46,255 nucleotides of DNA, from contig NGBS01000306.1 of the NCBI GenBank assembly GCA_002245135.1, positions 62,001-108,255 of the forward strand, given 5' to 3'. This document shows, in pieces, positions 37,405 to 46,255 of the stretch. The notes under the pieces are model-generated. The model searched no databases. It saw only the letters and a list, made by a program, of their open reading frames with translations, and was not told where the DNA came from. Every line of letters starts with the position of its first letter. Positions within the stretch are counted from its first letter, which is position 1. Source of the DNA: Proteromonas lacertae (taxonomy: Eukaryota). The position numbers were made by a program, and so were the translations under genes.

Positions 37405-38042
37405 TTATAGTGAAATTCCCATTGCCCAAATATCACTCAATGGACTTATACTACCTGTTTTAATTGATTTGTTTAATATTTTTATTGCATATTGATTCTT
37501 TGATGGATCTTCACATAATTCAACTAATTTCTTTATTATTTTATATTGATTGATATGTCCATTACCACTTTGATCTACTTGTAACTTTAATAAATTAGTT
37601 TGCTCCATAGGCTTATCGATTGTTACATGACGTTTTAATTTTGCATGAATATTTTCACTTATATCACAAGTATTGTACTATACTTTTTGACATTTTTTCG
37701 AGCTTCTCTTTCATGAGAGGTTGTGGAATTTCGAGGTGATTCGTTTGTAAGCCAATCATAAACTTCAGGGTTATCACACTCTTCAGAACAATAAGACATA
37801 CCAACTGATCCTATTAATTGATGTGTATGCCTACCACCTACAACAGATTGACCAATTGGTCTAACTGAAGGTTTTATTATATTATTAGATGACAATGGTT
37901 GGTTTCGAGATGAATTCTGTTGACTTCCACCATTTTGGTTTTTAAAAGCTTTTTCATGTATATTTAACTTCACTGTTTTTATTTCTACCTCAGATTCAAA
38001 AATATTTGGAACTACTACAGGGCTAGAACCCGTACATCCCGT
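37405..38042 (-). pseudogene. CAMKK-like protein kinase remnant
   Basis: The start is mutated to ACG (ACG GGA TGT = MGCTGSS acylation-type N-terminus). DQSGNGHINQYKIIKKL is followed by a missing Gly-loop, and YAIKILNK lies only 10 residues before SDIWAMGISL. Confidence 0.7.
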
Positions 38043-38210
38043 TATTTTCTTTCCAGAATTTTAAATTAAAGAAATATTAATAAACAAAGTGGTAAAAAGT
38101 TTGAAGGCTTGTTATCTTTATGAAAGATTTTTAATGGTGAATCGTCTGCTTTAGAACCTTTACAAGCTCAAACATATATGTATAACCGTAAGAATATCAC
38201 TGTAGGTGGG

Positions 38211-38293
38211 TAACCCGTACCAGACTATTCTTAGGTGCCTTCTACAGGTAAGAATAAGCGATTTGAGTGTAAATTAGTTTTTGGTACGGGTTA
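38211..38293. repeat. Nested inverted repeats (stem-loop)
   Basis: taacccgtacca (38211-38222) pairs with tggtacgggtta (38282-38293). Inner pair tattctta (38226-38233) / taagaata (38249-38256). Confidence 0.8.
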
Positions 38294-38438
38294 TACTGGA
38301 GCAAGTGGTGAGTTTAAATTTCTTTATATATTTTAGTGTATGAGTAATTTTATGGGTTAAAATTTTTTCTTTTGTTTTTTGTATATAATTTCATTTAACT
38401 TTTTCTTATTGTTTTTTATCAATCATAATTTCAAAAGA

Positions 38439-38780
38439 ATGTCAAGAATTTGGATCGAGAATGTTAATATAGAAGATAGAAATAAGCGTGAAGATGAAGA
38501 CTTTGAAAGAATCTATGCAATCATTGAAAGTGAAGTAGCTAGAATAGTAGCTGAGCCACCTCCAGTAGTAATGTGGTATACTTCTGATACAGCTGATGAG
38601 GATGATAGAAAGTATGAAGAATGGTGTGCAATTCATAAACCAACCAGAGTAGCACAAGCAACCATACGCCCTAGAAAATGGGTTGATCCTGAAGAAGAGC
38701 GCAGAAAAACAAAGATGTTAAAGCGTTATGGTATTGATGAAAAAAACATCATTGAAGAAAGACTAAGATTTCATAACTAA
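38439..38780 (+). CDS. Element-associated hypothetical protein (113 aa, charged)
   Basis: ATG-initiated intronless ORF with protein-like composition (MSRIWIENVNIEDR...). Confidence 0.6.
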   Translation: MSRIWIENVNIEDRNKREDEDFERIYAIIESEVARIVAEPPPVVMWYTSDTADEDDRKYEEWCAIHKPTRVAQATIRPRKWVDPEEERRKTKMLKRYGIDEKNIIEERLRFHN

Positions 38781-38908
38781 TTCTTAAATCATTGGTTTTA
38801 ATTGAATTTTTGTTATTTGATTGGCTGAATAGAAATAAACATAATATTACATAATTCTTTTCATTCATAAATTTCTTGCGATTTTTGAAATAATCTACAT
38901 AAATTAAA

Positions 38909-39496
38909 ATGAGTGATATACAAAACGAATTAGATGCTAATATTGAAAAACACTTACAAGAAGGTGAAATGTATGAGAATGATATGTCTGAAGTAAAATC
39001 ATTAATTATTAAAGTATTCAAGGATATGTTGGATGGTATGTATTCTGTGATTGAAGAGTATGAAGATGATCCAGAATGGAGTGAACAACCAGGTGATGAT
39101 ATTGATATAACAATGGAAGAAGAAGAAGAAGTGAAGGAAGAAAAACAAAGCGAATCTAAACCTAAAAAAAGAAAGGATATAACAAAGTTAGATCCAGATT
39201 CACAGATATGTAGTACTTGTGGTAAGAAGAAAGCTAATGATGAATTTGGTTATAAGAGTGAAGGTGTATTCTATAAATCTTGTACAGAGTGTAGAAATAA
39301 GAAGAAGAGAAGATATGAAGAAGTAAAGAAAGGAAGTGATAATAGTGGAGAAGATAAGAAGCGTAAAGTAGAGAATAGTTCCACTGCCGAGGGTCGACCA
39401 AAGGTAGATATTGCTAAAGTAGATTGTTCTACAAGTCCTATCCCGGGGGTAGCTACAGTAGATCTAACTACATCACCTACTTGTATAATTAATTAA
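38909..39496 (+). CDS. Acidic protein with a C4 zinc ribbon (CxxC...CxxC) and basic NLS-like patch
   Basis: CSTCGKKKANDEFGYKSEGVFYKSCTECRNKKKRR. Confidence 0.7.
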   Translation: MSDIQNELDANIEKHLQEGEMYENDMSEVKSLIIKVFKDMLDGMYSVIEEYEDDPEWSEQPGDDIDITMEEEEEVKEEKQSESKPKKRKDITKLDPDSQICSTCGKKKANDEFGYKSEGVFYKSCTECRNKKKRRYEEVKKGSDNSGEDKKRKVENSSTAEGRPKVDIAKVDCSTSPIPGVATVDLTTSPTCIIN

Positions 39497-39560
39497 CTTT
39501 TGGTTTAAAATTCATTTTTATATTTCTATGCGTTTTTATATATAAATAATTTCACATAAT

Positions 39561-39944
39561 ATGCCATATAATACATCTATAGTTATGTTAGGTGATATGA
39601 AAGATACTTTAAATGGTTTGAAACAAGAACTGTATATTTTATTAGGTTGTGTAGTTCTATGGGTTCTTTATAAATGCAAGAGAATATGTGCGTGGTGTTA
39701 TCATAAAGCCTGTCCTCCAGAATTAAGTGAAATATTAGCTGAGCCAGAACCTGCTGTTCAATTAGCATTAAGAAAATCTACTATTGTTTCTGCTATTCCA
39801 TTTACTTTAACACCTGAAAATAGTAGAATAAATTCTAGAAATGTTAGTGATAACGAAGATGAAGAGCAATTAGAAACAGAAATAGAAATTATTCCTATTA
39901 ATAAACCTGAGATTGAAATTCAAAAACCAATCATAAATATTTAA
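39561..39944 (+). CDS. Small single-pass membrane protein with juxtamembrane Cys residues
   Basis: LYILLGCVVLWVLY followed by KCKRICAWCYHKAC and an acidic tail. Confidence 0.6.
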   Translation: MPYNTSIVMLGDMKDTLNGLKQELYILLGCVVLWVLYKCKRICAWCYHKACPPELSEILAEPEPAVQLALRKSTIVSAIPFTLTPENSRINSRNVSDNEDEEQLETEIEIIPINKPEIEIQKPIINI

Positions 39945-40130
39945 TTTTATATATAGTCTTTTTTTTCGTATTTGATTTTTGAAAGTTGTTTTTTTGCACC
40001 CCCTTAAATATTACATAAAGAAAAAACCGTTTTTTTTTTCATTCACACTTTTCTTACTCATTTTCAGTATTTTATATTTTTCATTTTTTTACTTTAATAG
40101 AAAATTAATTATTCAATCATTCAATCAAAA

Positions 40131-41304
40131 ATGCCAGCAGACAGAGTCAAACAACCAACCAATTCAGAATTATGCTCCCAGCTCCCATTAAAGGGACAGG
40201 CTTATGAGTTCTATCAGAAAGTGAGTCGTAACATCCAGCATTTAAAGACATTTTGCGACGAAATGTATATTCAAAGTTTGGCTTATGATGACAGCAAAAA
40301 ATCAAAGAAAAAACAAAGTCCACCACAATTCAACTATATCGAATTAGAGAAGTCAGCTACAGCAGTTTATTATTGCTTTTCATGTAAGTTTGATAATCAG
40401 AAGTTAATTCCCATTAAACATCTAGAGACATTAGATCAAAATGAGTATATGAATTTATACTTTAGTGACGAAGAGATGAAGAGTATAGTAAAACCAGATG
40501 TAAAACAGATTAAACCTTTTATTCAACCTCAGTTAAAACAACAACAACAACCACAACAAGAACCACCACCACCAACTGTACCTCAAAAACCTAAAAGAGT
40601 TTATAAAAGAAGAACTGATACTGTAAAGAAACCTAAAACAAAAGCAGTTATTGATAGTGATGATGAATTAATTCATTTAAAGAAAAGAAAGATTGTTAAG
40701 GATTCTGATTTTGTTGATGAACCAATGGGTATAATTGTGAAAGATACTGAATCAAGAACATCTGCTGATGATTTATTAAGTAGCCAAAGTCCTACCTTTA
40801 CACCTCCAATGTCACCAAGGTCTGATACTACACTTCTTGATGTTACTGATATTGATATACTGGATGCTGAATTGAAATATTTTAATGCTGAATTAACTAA
40901 AAAAGATGAAGAAAAACAAAAAGAGATAGAAGAGAAAATTAAACATCAAGATGCAGAGAGAAAGAAACAAGAAGATGAAGAAAAAAAGAAAAAAACAACA
41001 AGAAGAAGAAAGAGTTAGAAAAGTACAAGAAGAAGCAGAGAGAAAAAGAAAACAAGAAGAAGCAGAAAAGAAAAGAAAAGAAGAATTAGTTGTTATTAGA
41101 ATGCTTCAAGAAGAAGAGAATATGAGACAACAAGAAGAGTTAAGAAAGAAATGGGTATTAGAACAAAAGAGACAAATGGAAGTAAAGATGAAAAAAGAAA
41201 ACGATGAATTAGAAAAGAAGATGGAAGAAGAGTTTAAGAAGAGAATTGAAGAAGAGAAAAGAAAGAAAGCTGAAGAGTTTGAGAAGATGATGAAGAACTT
41301 ATAA
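40131..41304 (+). CDS. Pro/Gln-rich and K/E coiled-coil protein, split by a +1 frameshift in an A-run
   Basis: ORFs 40131-41018 and 40951-41304 overlap across gaaaaaaagaaaaaaac (~40980-40996), and the coiled-coil pattern continues across the shift. Confidence 0.6.
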
Positions 41305-41444
41305 GTATTAATATATATACTTTAAATTTGTCTGGTTTATGCTTTAATCCATATACTTGAAAAAGCACTTTGAATTCATTACTTTGATAAAAATTGGTGT
41401 TTGTTTAATATGCAAAAAAATAACATAAATAAAAAACATAAAAA

Positions 41445-42605
41445 TTATACGAAATCATTAAATAGCGAATTTTTCTTATATACTCTACCATATCTACTTT
41501 TTCTACCTTCTGGTGCTGGTTGAATATCTGGTTCTATAGGTTGTGCTTCATTATTTATACTATGAATTTGTCTTAATCTAAACTTACCATTTGTTGTAAT
41601 ACTATTAACTGGTACTCTTTTTATTTCATGTGATTTGAATCTATATGAACCTATATCTCTAGGATTGAATTCTTTAGGTATTGTTCCATCCAAGTTCTTA
41701 ACAGAATATGAAAACGGTCCAACTTTGTGTATTTGGTATACTTTATCAGCATAATAAGTAGTTTTTTGTAGTTTGTTATCTCTACGTTCTTTTATTCTGA
41801 CAAAATCATCGGGTTTAAAATGAGTATCACTTTTACGCTTCTTTAAGTTTCTAGCATGGGATTCTTTATACAATCTATCTTGGACTTCAAAATCATTGAA
41901 TACTTCATTTGGAGTTAGATTATTGAGTGCAGAATGTGGCTTTGCATTGTAATCATCTACAACAGTATATACTATATTACACAATGATTCAATATTGTTA
42001 ATTTTATCAAATTCTTCATCAGAAAATGTATTAATTTTTCTATAAAACATATCTTTAATAGTTCTCACACATCGATCCAATATTTTCATTATATTATGTT
42101 CATTACGTTCTTTAAGTATAAATCGTATATGATTTTTATTAAACAAATCTAAAAATTTCTTACCATAGATAATACCAGACTCTTCATCTGACAATATACT
42201 TCCTACAAAACGAGCGTTTTCATCCTTAGGTTGCATACCCTGATAAAACCATTTTTCAAACACTGGATACACATCATTTTCTGATTTAGATTTAACATAA
42301 TATATCCAACACTTACGACTAACAACTTCTATAATTAACAAAAATGGAACTTTTGTATTGTTGAAAAACACTAAATCTATCTGATATGATCCAGGTAACT
42401 TTTCAATTTCATATTTAATTCTATTCCTTTTAGTTGCAGTGATTTGATAATCTGGTTTAGACTCTACAAGTTCACTACTAGCTTTTTTAATGTCAGATTT
42501 TTTAAAGTTATTCTCAAGTTCATTTACAGAGAAATTAATAAAGTCTCGTTTGTTTAAATAACCATATGTTTTGTATAACTCATTTATTTTATCTTGTAGT
42601 GACAT
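41445..42605 (-). CDS. Maverick/Polinton-type retroviral-like (rve) integrase
   Basis: SYQIDLVF, IEVVSRKCW, ILSDEESG, LDRCVRTIK, YNAKPHSAL..TPNEV and FKPDDFVRI (SH3-like). Intact 386-aa ORF. Confidence 0.9.
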   Translation of the reverse strand: MSLQDKINELYKTYGYLNKRDFINFSVNELENNFKKSDIKKASSELVESKPDYQITATKRNRIKYEIEKLPGSYQIDLVFFNNTKVPFLLIIEVVSRKCWIYYVKSKSENDVYPVFEKWFYQGMQPKDENARFVGSILSDEESGIIYGKKFLDLFNKNHIRFILKERNEHNIMKILDRCVRTIKDMFYRKINTFSDEEFDKINNIESLCNIVYTVVDDYNAKPHSALNNLTPNEVFNDFEVQDRLYKESHARNLKKRKSDTHFKPDDFVRIKERRDNKLQKTTYYADKVYQIHKVGPFSYSVKNLDGTIPKEFNPRDIGSYRFKSHEIKRVPVNSITTNGKFRLRQIHSINNEAQPIEPDIQPAPEGRKSRYGRVYKKNSLFNDFV

Positions 42606-42670
42606 TCAAACAATATATAAAAAATATGAATGATATATATTTAAAGAATTAATGAATTAAAATAATTAAA

Positions 42671-43438
42671 TCATTCTTCTACCTCTCCCAAATCCTTATC
42701 ACTTAAAGCGTTACCAAAGTTAATAGACTTAGCAGCACTAATAAAACCATTACTAATTACTTTCTTAGCAGGGAATGGTCTACGAGTACTAATTAAATCA
42801 CTATCTTCTATCTTAGTTCTCTTAATTCTTGGAGGTGAAACAAATTTGTTTTGATTAGCTTGTTCTTTCTTAATTTTCTTCTCATTACTTCTTCTAATAG
42901 TTGTAGCTAAATCAGGATTTTCATCATAACCAACAATATCACTACAAACTCTATGATTAACAAAGTTTTGAGTACCATTACTCTTAATAGAGATTTGATT
43001 ATCAACAACACTTACAGCAATTTTACTACCAACATCAACATCAGATGGAACTCTATAGTTACTATTATCCCATATCATAATAGAATTGAAATTGTGGAAG
43101 TATTTAATACCATGTTGAGGTTCTCTACATCCTACACTAATCAAATATCCACGAATGATTTTTTCTATAAAGTCATTCTCGTTTCTATCATAAATTTGTT
43201 TCAATACATATTTCACTTCATCAGCTGAATATGTTTCAAAATCTCTTCCATTATTAATTACAACTTTATGATCCAAATCATGAACAAAAGTAATCAATAC
43301 ATATTGACTAGTTTTAGTAGGCTTAACTGTAATACTCTCAACAGTTCCTTTAATAATCCACTTGTTACATAACTTTGGATTCTTGTAGTAATCACTGAAT
43401 TCTACATCTGTAGCTTCATAGGGTGTTTCGTTACTCAT
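42671..43438 (-). CDS. Element-associated hypothetical protein, possibly OB-fold
   Basis: Intact 255-aa ORF with a beta-rich pattern (WIIKGTVESITVK...YVLITF...IMIWD...VDVGSKIAVSV). Confidence 0.6.
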   Translation of the reverse strand: MSNETPYEATDVEFSDYYKNPKLCNKWIIKGTVESITVKPTKTSQYVLITFVHDLDHKVVINNGRDFETYSADEVKYVLKQIYDRNENDFIEKIIRGYLISVGCREPQHGIKYFHNFNSIMIWDNSNYRVPSDVDVGSKIAVSVVDNQISIKSNGTQNFVNHRVCSDIVGYDENPDLATTIRRSNEKKIKKEQANQNKFVSPPRIKRTKIEDSDLISTRRPFPAKKVISNGFISAAKSINFGNALSDKDLGEVEE

Positions 43439-43523
43439 TTTATATAAGGGAGAGATGAAAATAAAAAATGATTAAAAAATGTCAAGAAAAATGAAAATGA
43501 AAATTTCTTTTTATTTTTAAAGT

Positions 43524-43553
43524 CGACCAATCAAATCATCCGACCAATCAAAT
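43524..43553 (+). promoter_or_regulatory. Tandem CCAAT boxes (CGACCAATCAAAT x2) in the divergent promoter region
   Basis: Exact 13-bp direct repeat at 43524-43536 and 43541-43553. A related inverted copy lies at 38815-38827. Confidence 0.6.
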
Positions 43554-43598
43554 TTCATATTTCCATTTTTGATTTATTTCTCGAATTCTGTCTATATA

Positions 43599-46255
43599 AT
43601 GAGCAAACATAAAAAGCTTTTAAAAGCATTTTTTAAACTTCTAGAACAAACTTTTAATAAAAATAAACATCATAAGCATAAGCATCGCCATCATCATAAA
43701 CATAAACATATAGATGAACTACCACCAGAAGAAGCTCCAAAACGAAGATTAGCGCCATTATTTAGTACAGATGCTATTCAAAATAAAAAAAGATATAATA
43801 ATGATATACCAATAATCAGTGATACATTCTTTGGTGGATTAATGCCTTCTTCCCTACCAAAACCTAACCAAAATCAAAGATTTAATGATAGAATACGTGA
43901 TGCTAGAGAAGTTGATAAATCATCTCAAGGTGTTACCAGGAAATGGGTTTTCAATTATAATAATAGAAATTACAGTACACCACAACAATGTTATCATGAT
44001 TTTGTTAATAATAGTGATATCAAAGATATATTACATGAACTAGCTGATACTATGAATATGATCAAATTTTTCTTTATTGTACGTTCAATTTATATACCTG
44101 ATGAGTCTACTGACAGTGATGATGAAGTTTCTATATTTAGTCGTAGTAGACTATGTGAAATAACAAAAATGTCTACTGTAGGTGAAATACAAACTATACT
44201 GGAAAATATATTTACACAAATATCAGAAGATGATTCAAATCATCCTCAAAGTGGTCTTACTTTTGCTAGAGTAAATACTATAGAATTATATGTAACAAAA
44301 TTTAAAGTGATACGTGGAAGTAGTTTTATTGTTTTACCTGCTAAACTTCAAGGTCTTAGATGTTTAACAAATGTAATAAATGAAGATAATGAATGCTTTA
44401 AGTGGAGTGTACTATGCTCTTTATATTCTAATAATCTACAATGTAATAAAGATAAACCTGAAAAATACAAAATGTATGAAAAGAAACATGATTGGAGTAT
44501 GTTAACATTCCCTGTTGATGCTACAGACAATGAATCTATTGATAAGTTTGAAACAAAGAATCGACTAAATGTGAATATATTTTATATTGATATTGCTAAA
44601 GATAAAGAAGAAATATTCTTACCCATTCATTTATCTAAACAAAAGAAATCTAAAAAATATAGTGTTGTAAATCTATTGCTAATAAAAAATGAAGATGGAA
44701 ATTCACACTATGTAACAATAAATACCTTACCTGCTCTATTTAGAAAAATGATAGATAAAAAGAATAATACTAATAATATATTTGTGTGTCCATATTGTCT
44801 CTTCTATACTTACGATGATGGATCCTTTAATAGTCACCAAATATATGACTGTCAAGATAAAGAGAATGTATTAAGATTATTCCCTGATAAAGATGATAAA
44901 GAAAAATCATACTTAAAATTTAGACATTGGACTCACCTCCAAACATTGCCAGTTGTTATGTATTATGATACTGAAACTTATTTTGTACCATATGATAATG
45001 AATTGAATTTAAGTAGATATAAATCTATGGAAGAAATAGATAATAATGATACTAGAATAGAATTATCAAAAACTGAGCAATCTATTATGGCTAGGCATAA
45101 GCTTTATTCCTACTGTATCTATGTAGATAGTAAAATACCAGATATAAATAGTTTTACTGTGATTAAATATAAACAAAATGAGGATCATAATATTGAAAAT
45201 GATTTTGTATTGGATATATTAAATATATATGATCAAATATGTACAGTTTACAGTTATAGACTAGCTAATCCTAAACCTTTTGATGGAGATGAAATAGCTA
45301 AGGATATACATAATAAAAAGAGAAAATGTGACTTTTGTGGTAAACCATTTAATTCTATTGATCATGTAAAGGTACTTCACCATGATCATTTCACAGGTCA
45401 TTATATTGCTTCAATTGGTAGTAATGAGAATCTAAATATTGATATAAAAAATTAAAAGTACCAATAATAGGTCACAATGCTATGAAATATGACCAGCATT
45501 TCATAGTAAAGGAATTAGCCAAATTTGCTGCAATAACTAATAGTCCACTCAATATTATACCTAATACAGATGAAAACTATAAGTGCATACAATACAAAAA
45601 TTTGGTGTTTATTGATAGTTATTTATTCTTAGCAGGTTCTTTAGCAAATTTAACTAATGATCTAAAAATTACAGCAGAATTAAATAATACTAAGAAAGAA
45701 AAATTCAAAACAATTTATGAGAATTTTAAAGATATAATGGACATTACCTAGATGATGAAAATATTGAAAATACTTACTTCAAAAGAATTATTTTCCATAT
45801 GAGCATATGACATCTCTTGAAGCTTTTGAAGAAAATTTCAAAGATCTTACTATAGATGATTTTAAGTCTAAATTGAATGATAATGAAACTATTAAACCTG
45901 AGGAATTTGATTTTGCTATGGAAGTAAATCCAAATATTTGGATTTGATAATATACCGTGAATACAATTTATTTTACTTGAAAATTGATGTTTATATTCTT
46001 CAGTCTATATTTAATGATTTTAGAGATAATATATTTGATACTTTTCACATAGATCCTTGTTGGTATATTTCATTACCCAGTTTATCACTTGATTTATTCT
46101 TGCATGTATCTGATGTGGAACTTAAATTATTTTGTGACCTGAATACTATGATTTTATATTGAATGGTTTATACGGTGGATTATCATATATTGGTAAGCGT
46201 AAGGAAGATGCAAATAACAAATTTTATGAAAAATTATGATGAAACTTTACCTAGT
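43599..46255 (+). pseudogene. Protein-primed family B DNA polymerase (pPolB), frameshifted in its 3' part; runs off the window
   Basis: RGSSFIVLP, DNECFKWSVL, SHYVTI, YYDTET (ExoI), CDFC...HHDHFTGHY (endonuclease VII-like), HNAMKYDQHFIV (ExoII), FIDSYLFL, FPYE, YLKIDVYIL (ExoIII), IDPCWYISLPSLS and IRGGLS. Frame breaks near 45450, 45740, 45770, 45795, 45930 and 46160. Confidence 0.9.

Larger units (their letters stand above)
38100..46255. mobile_element. Maverick/Polinton-like endogenous element (left boundary approximate, right part outside the window)
   Basis: A retroviral-like integrase and a protein-primed PolB lie 1 kb apart within a block of compact intronless ORFs. No capsid, packaging ATPase, adenain protease or TIR was recognised in the window. 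Confidence 0.85.

Noticed and set aside
38011..38018. actactac as a Polinton AGTAGT terminus
   Set aside because: It lies within kinase-relic codons (PVVVP), has the wrong orientation for a left end and has no partner.
40980..40996. Programmed ribosomal frameshift in the coiled-coil gene
   Set aside because: A +1 shift in A7 runs with no stimulatory structure. Homopolymer error or decay is simpler, and similar indels occur elsewhere in the window.
1..46255. CRISPR arrays, tRNA or rRNA genes
   Set aside because: None recognised. Tandem repeats are simple (AAT)n, (AT)n, (GAA)n and (GTT)n microsatellites.

Overview
This is very AT-rich eukaryotic DNA in the standard genetic code, with many ultra-short GT..AG introns (28-33 nt, some 39-63 nt). 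That intron size points to a Blastocystis-like stramenopile host (inference). The left 36 kb holds host genes: a 5'-truncated FN3-SPRY-HECT E3 ligase, a CHD remodeller with FYR domains, a 6-exon calpain-like gene lacking the catalytic Cys and His, a glycosyltransferase-like membrane protein, two tandem TAZ-finger genes, an unknown multi-exon gene and an HMIT-type inositol transporter. Among them are three near-full copies and two fragments of a BTB/BACK - putative Ig (He_PIG) - SPRY family. These copies show mosaic identity patterns, variable SPRY segments and a shared in-frame TAA. At 36.6-38.0 kb lies a co-oriented chain of decayed host-gene fragments (CAMKK-like kinase, propionyl-CoA carboxylase alpha twice, HSP70), near a Helitron-like hairpin-CTAG. 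From about 38.1 kb to the right edge is an integrated Maverick/Polinton-like element. It carries a retroviral-like integrase, a disrupted protein-primed PolB and several intronless ORFs I cannot assign. Several frameshifts fall in homopolymers and may be assembly errors.
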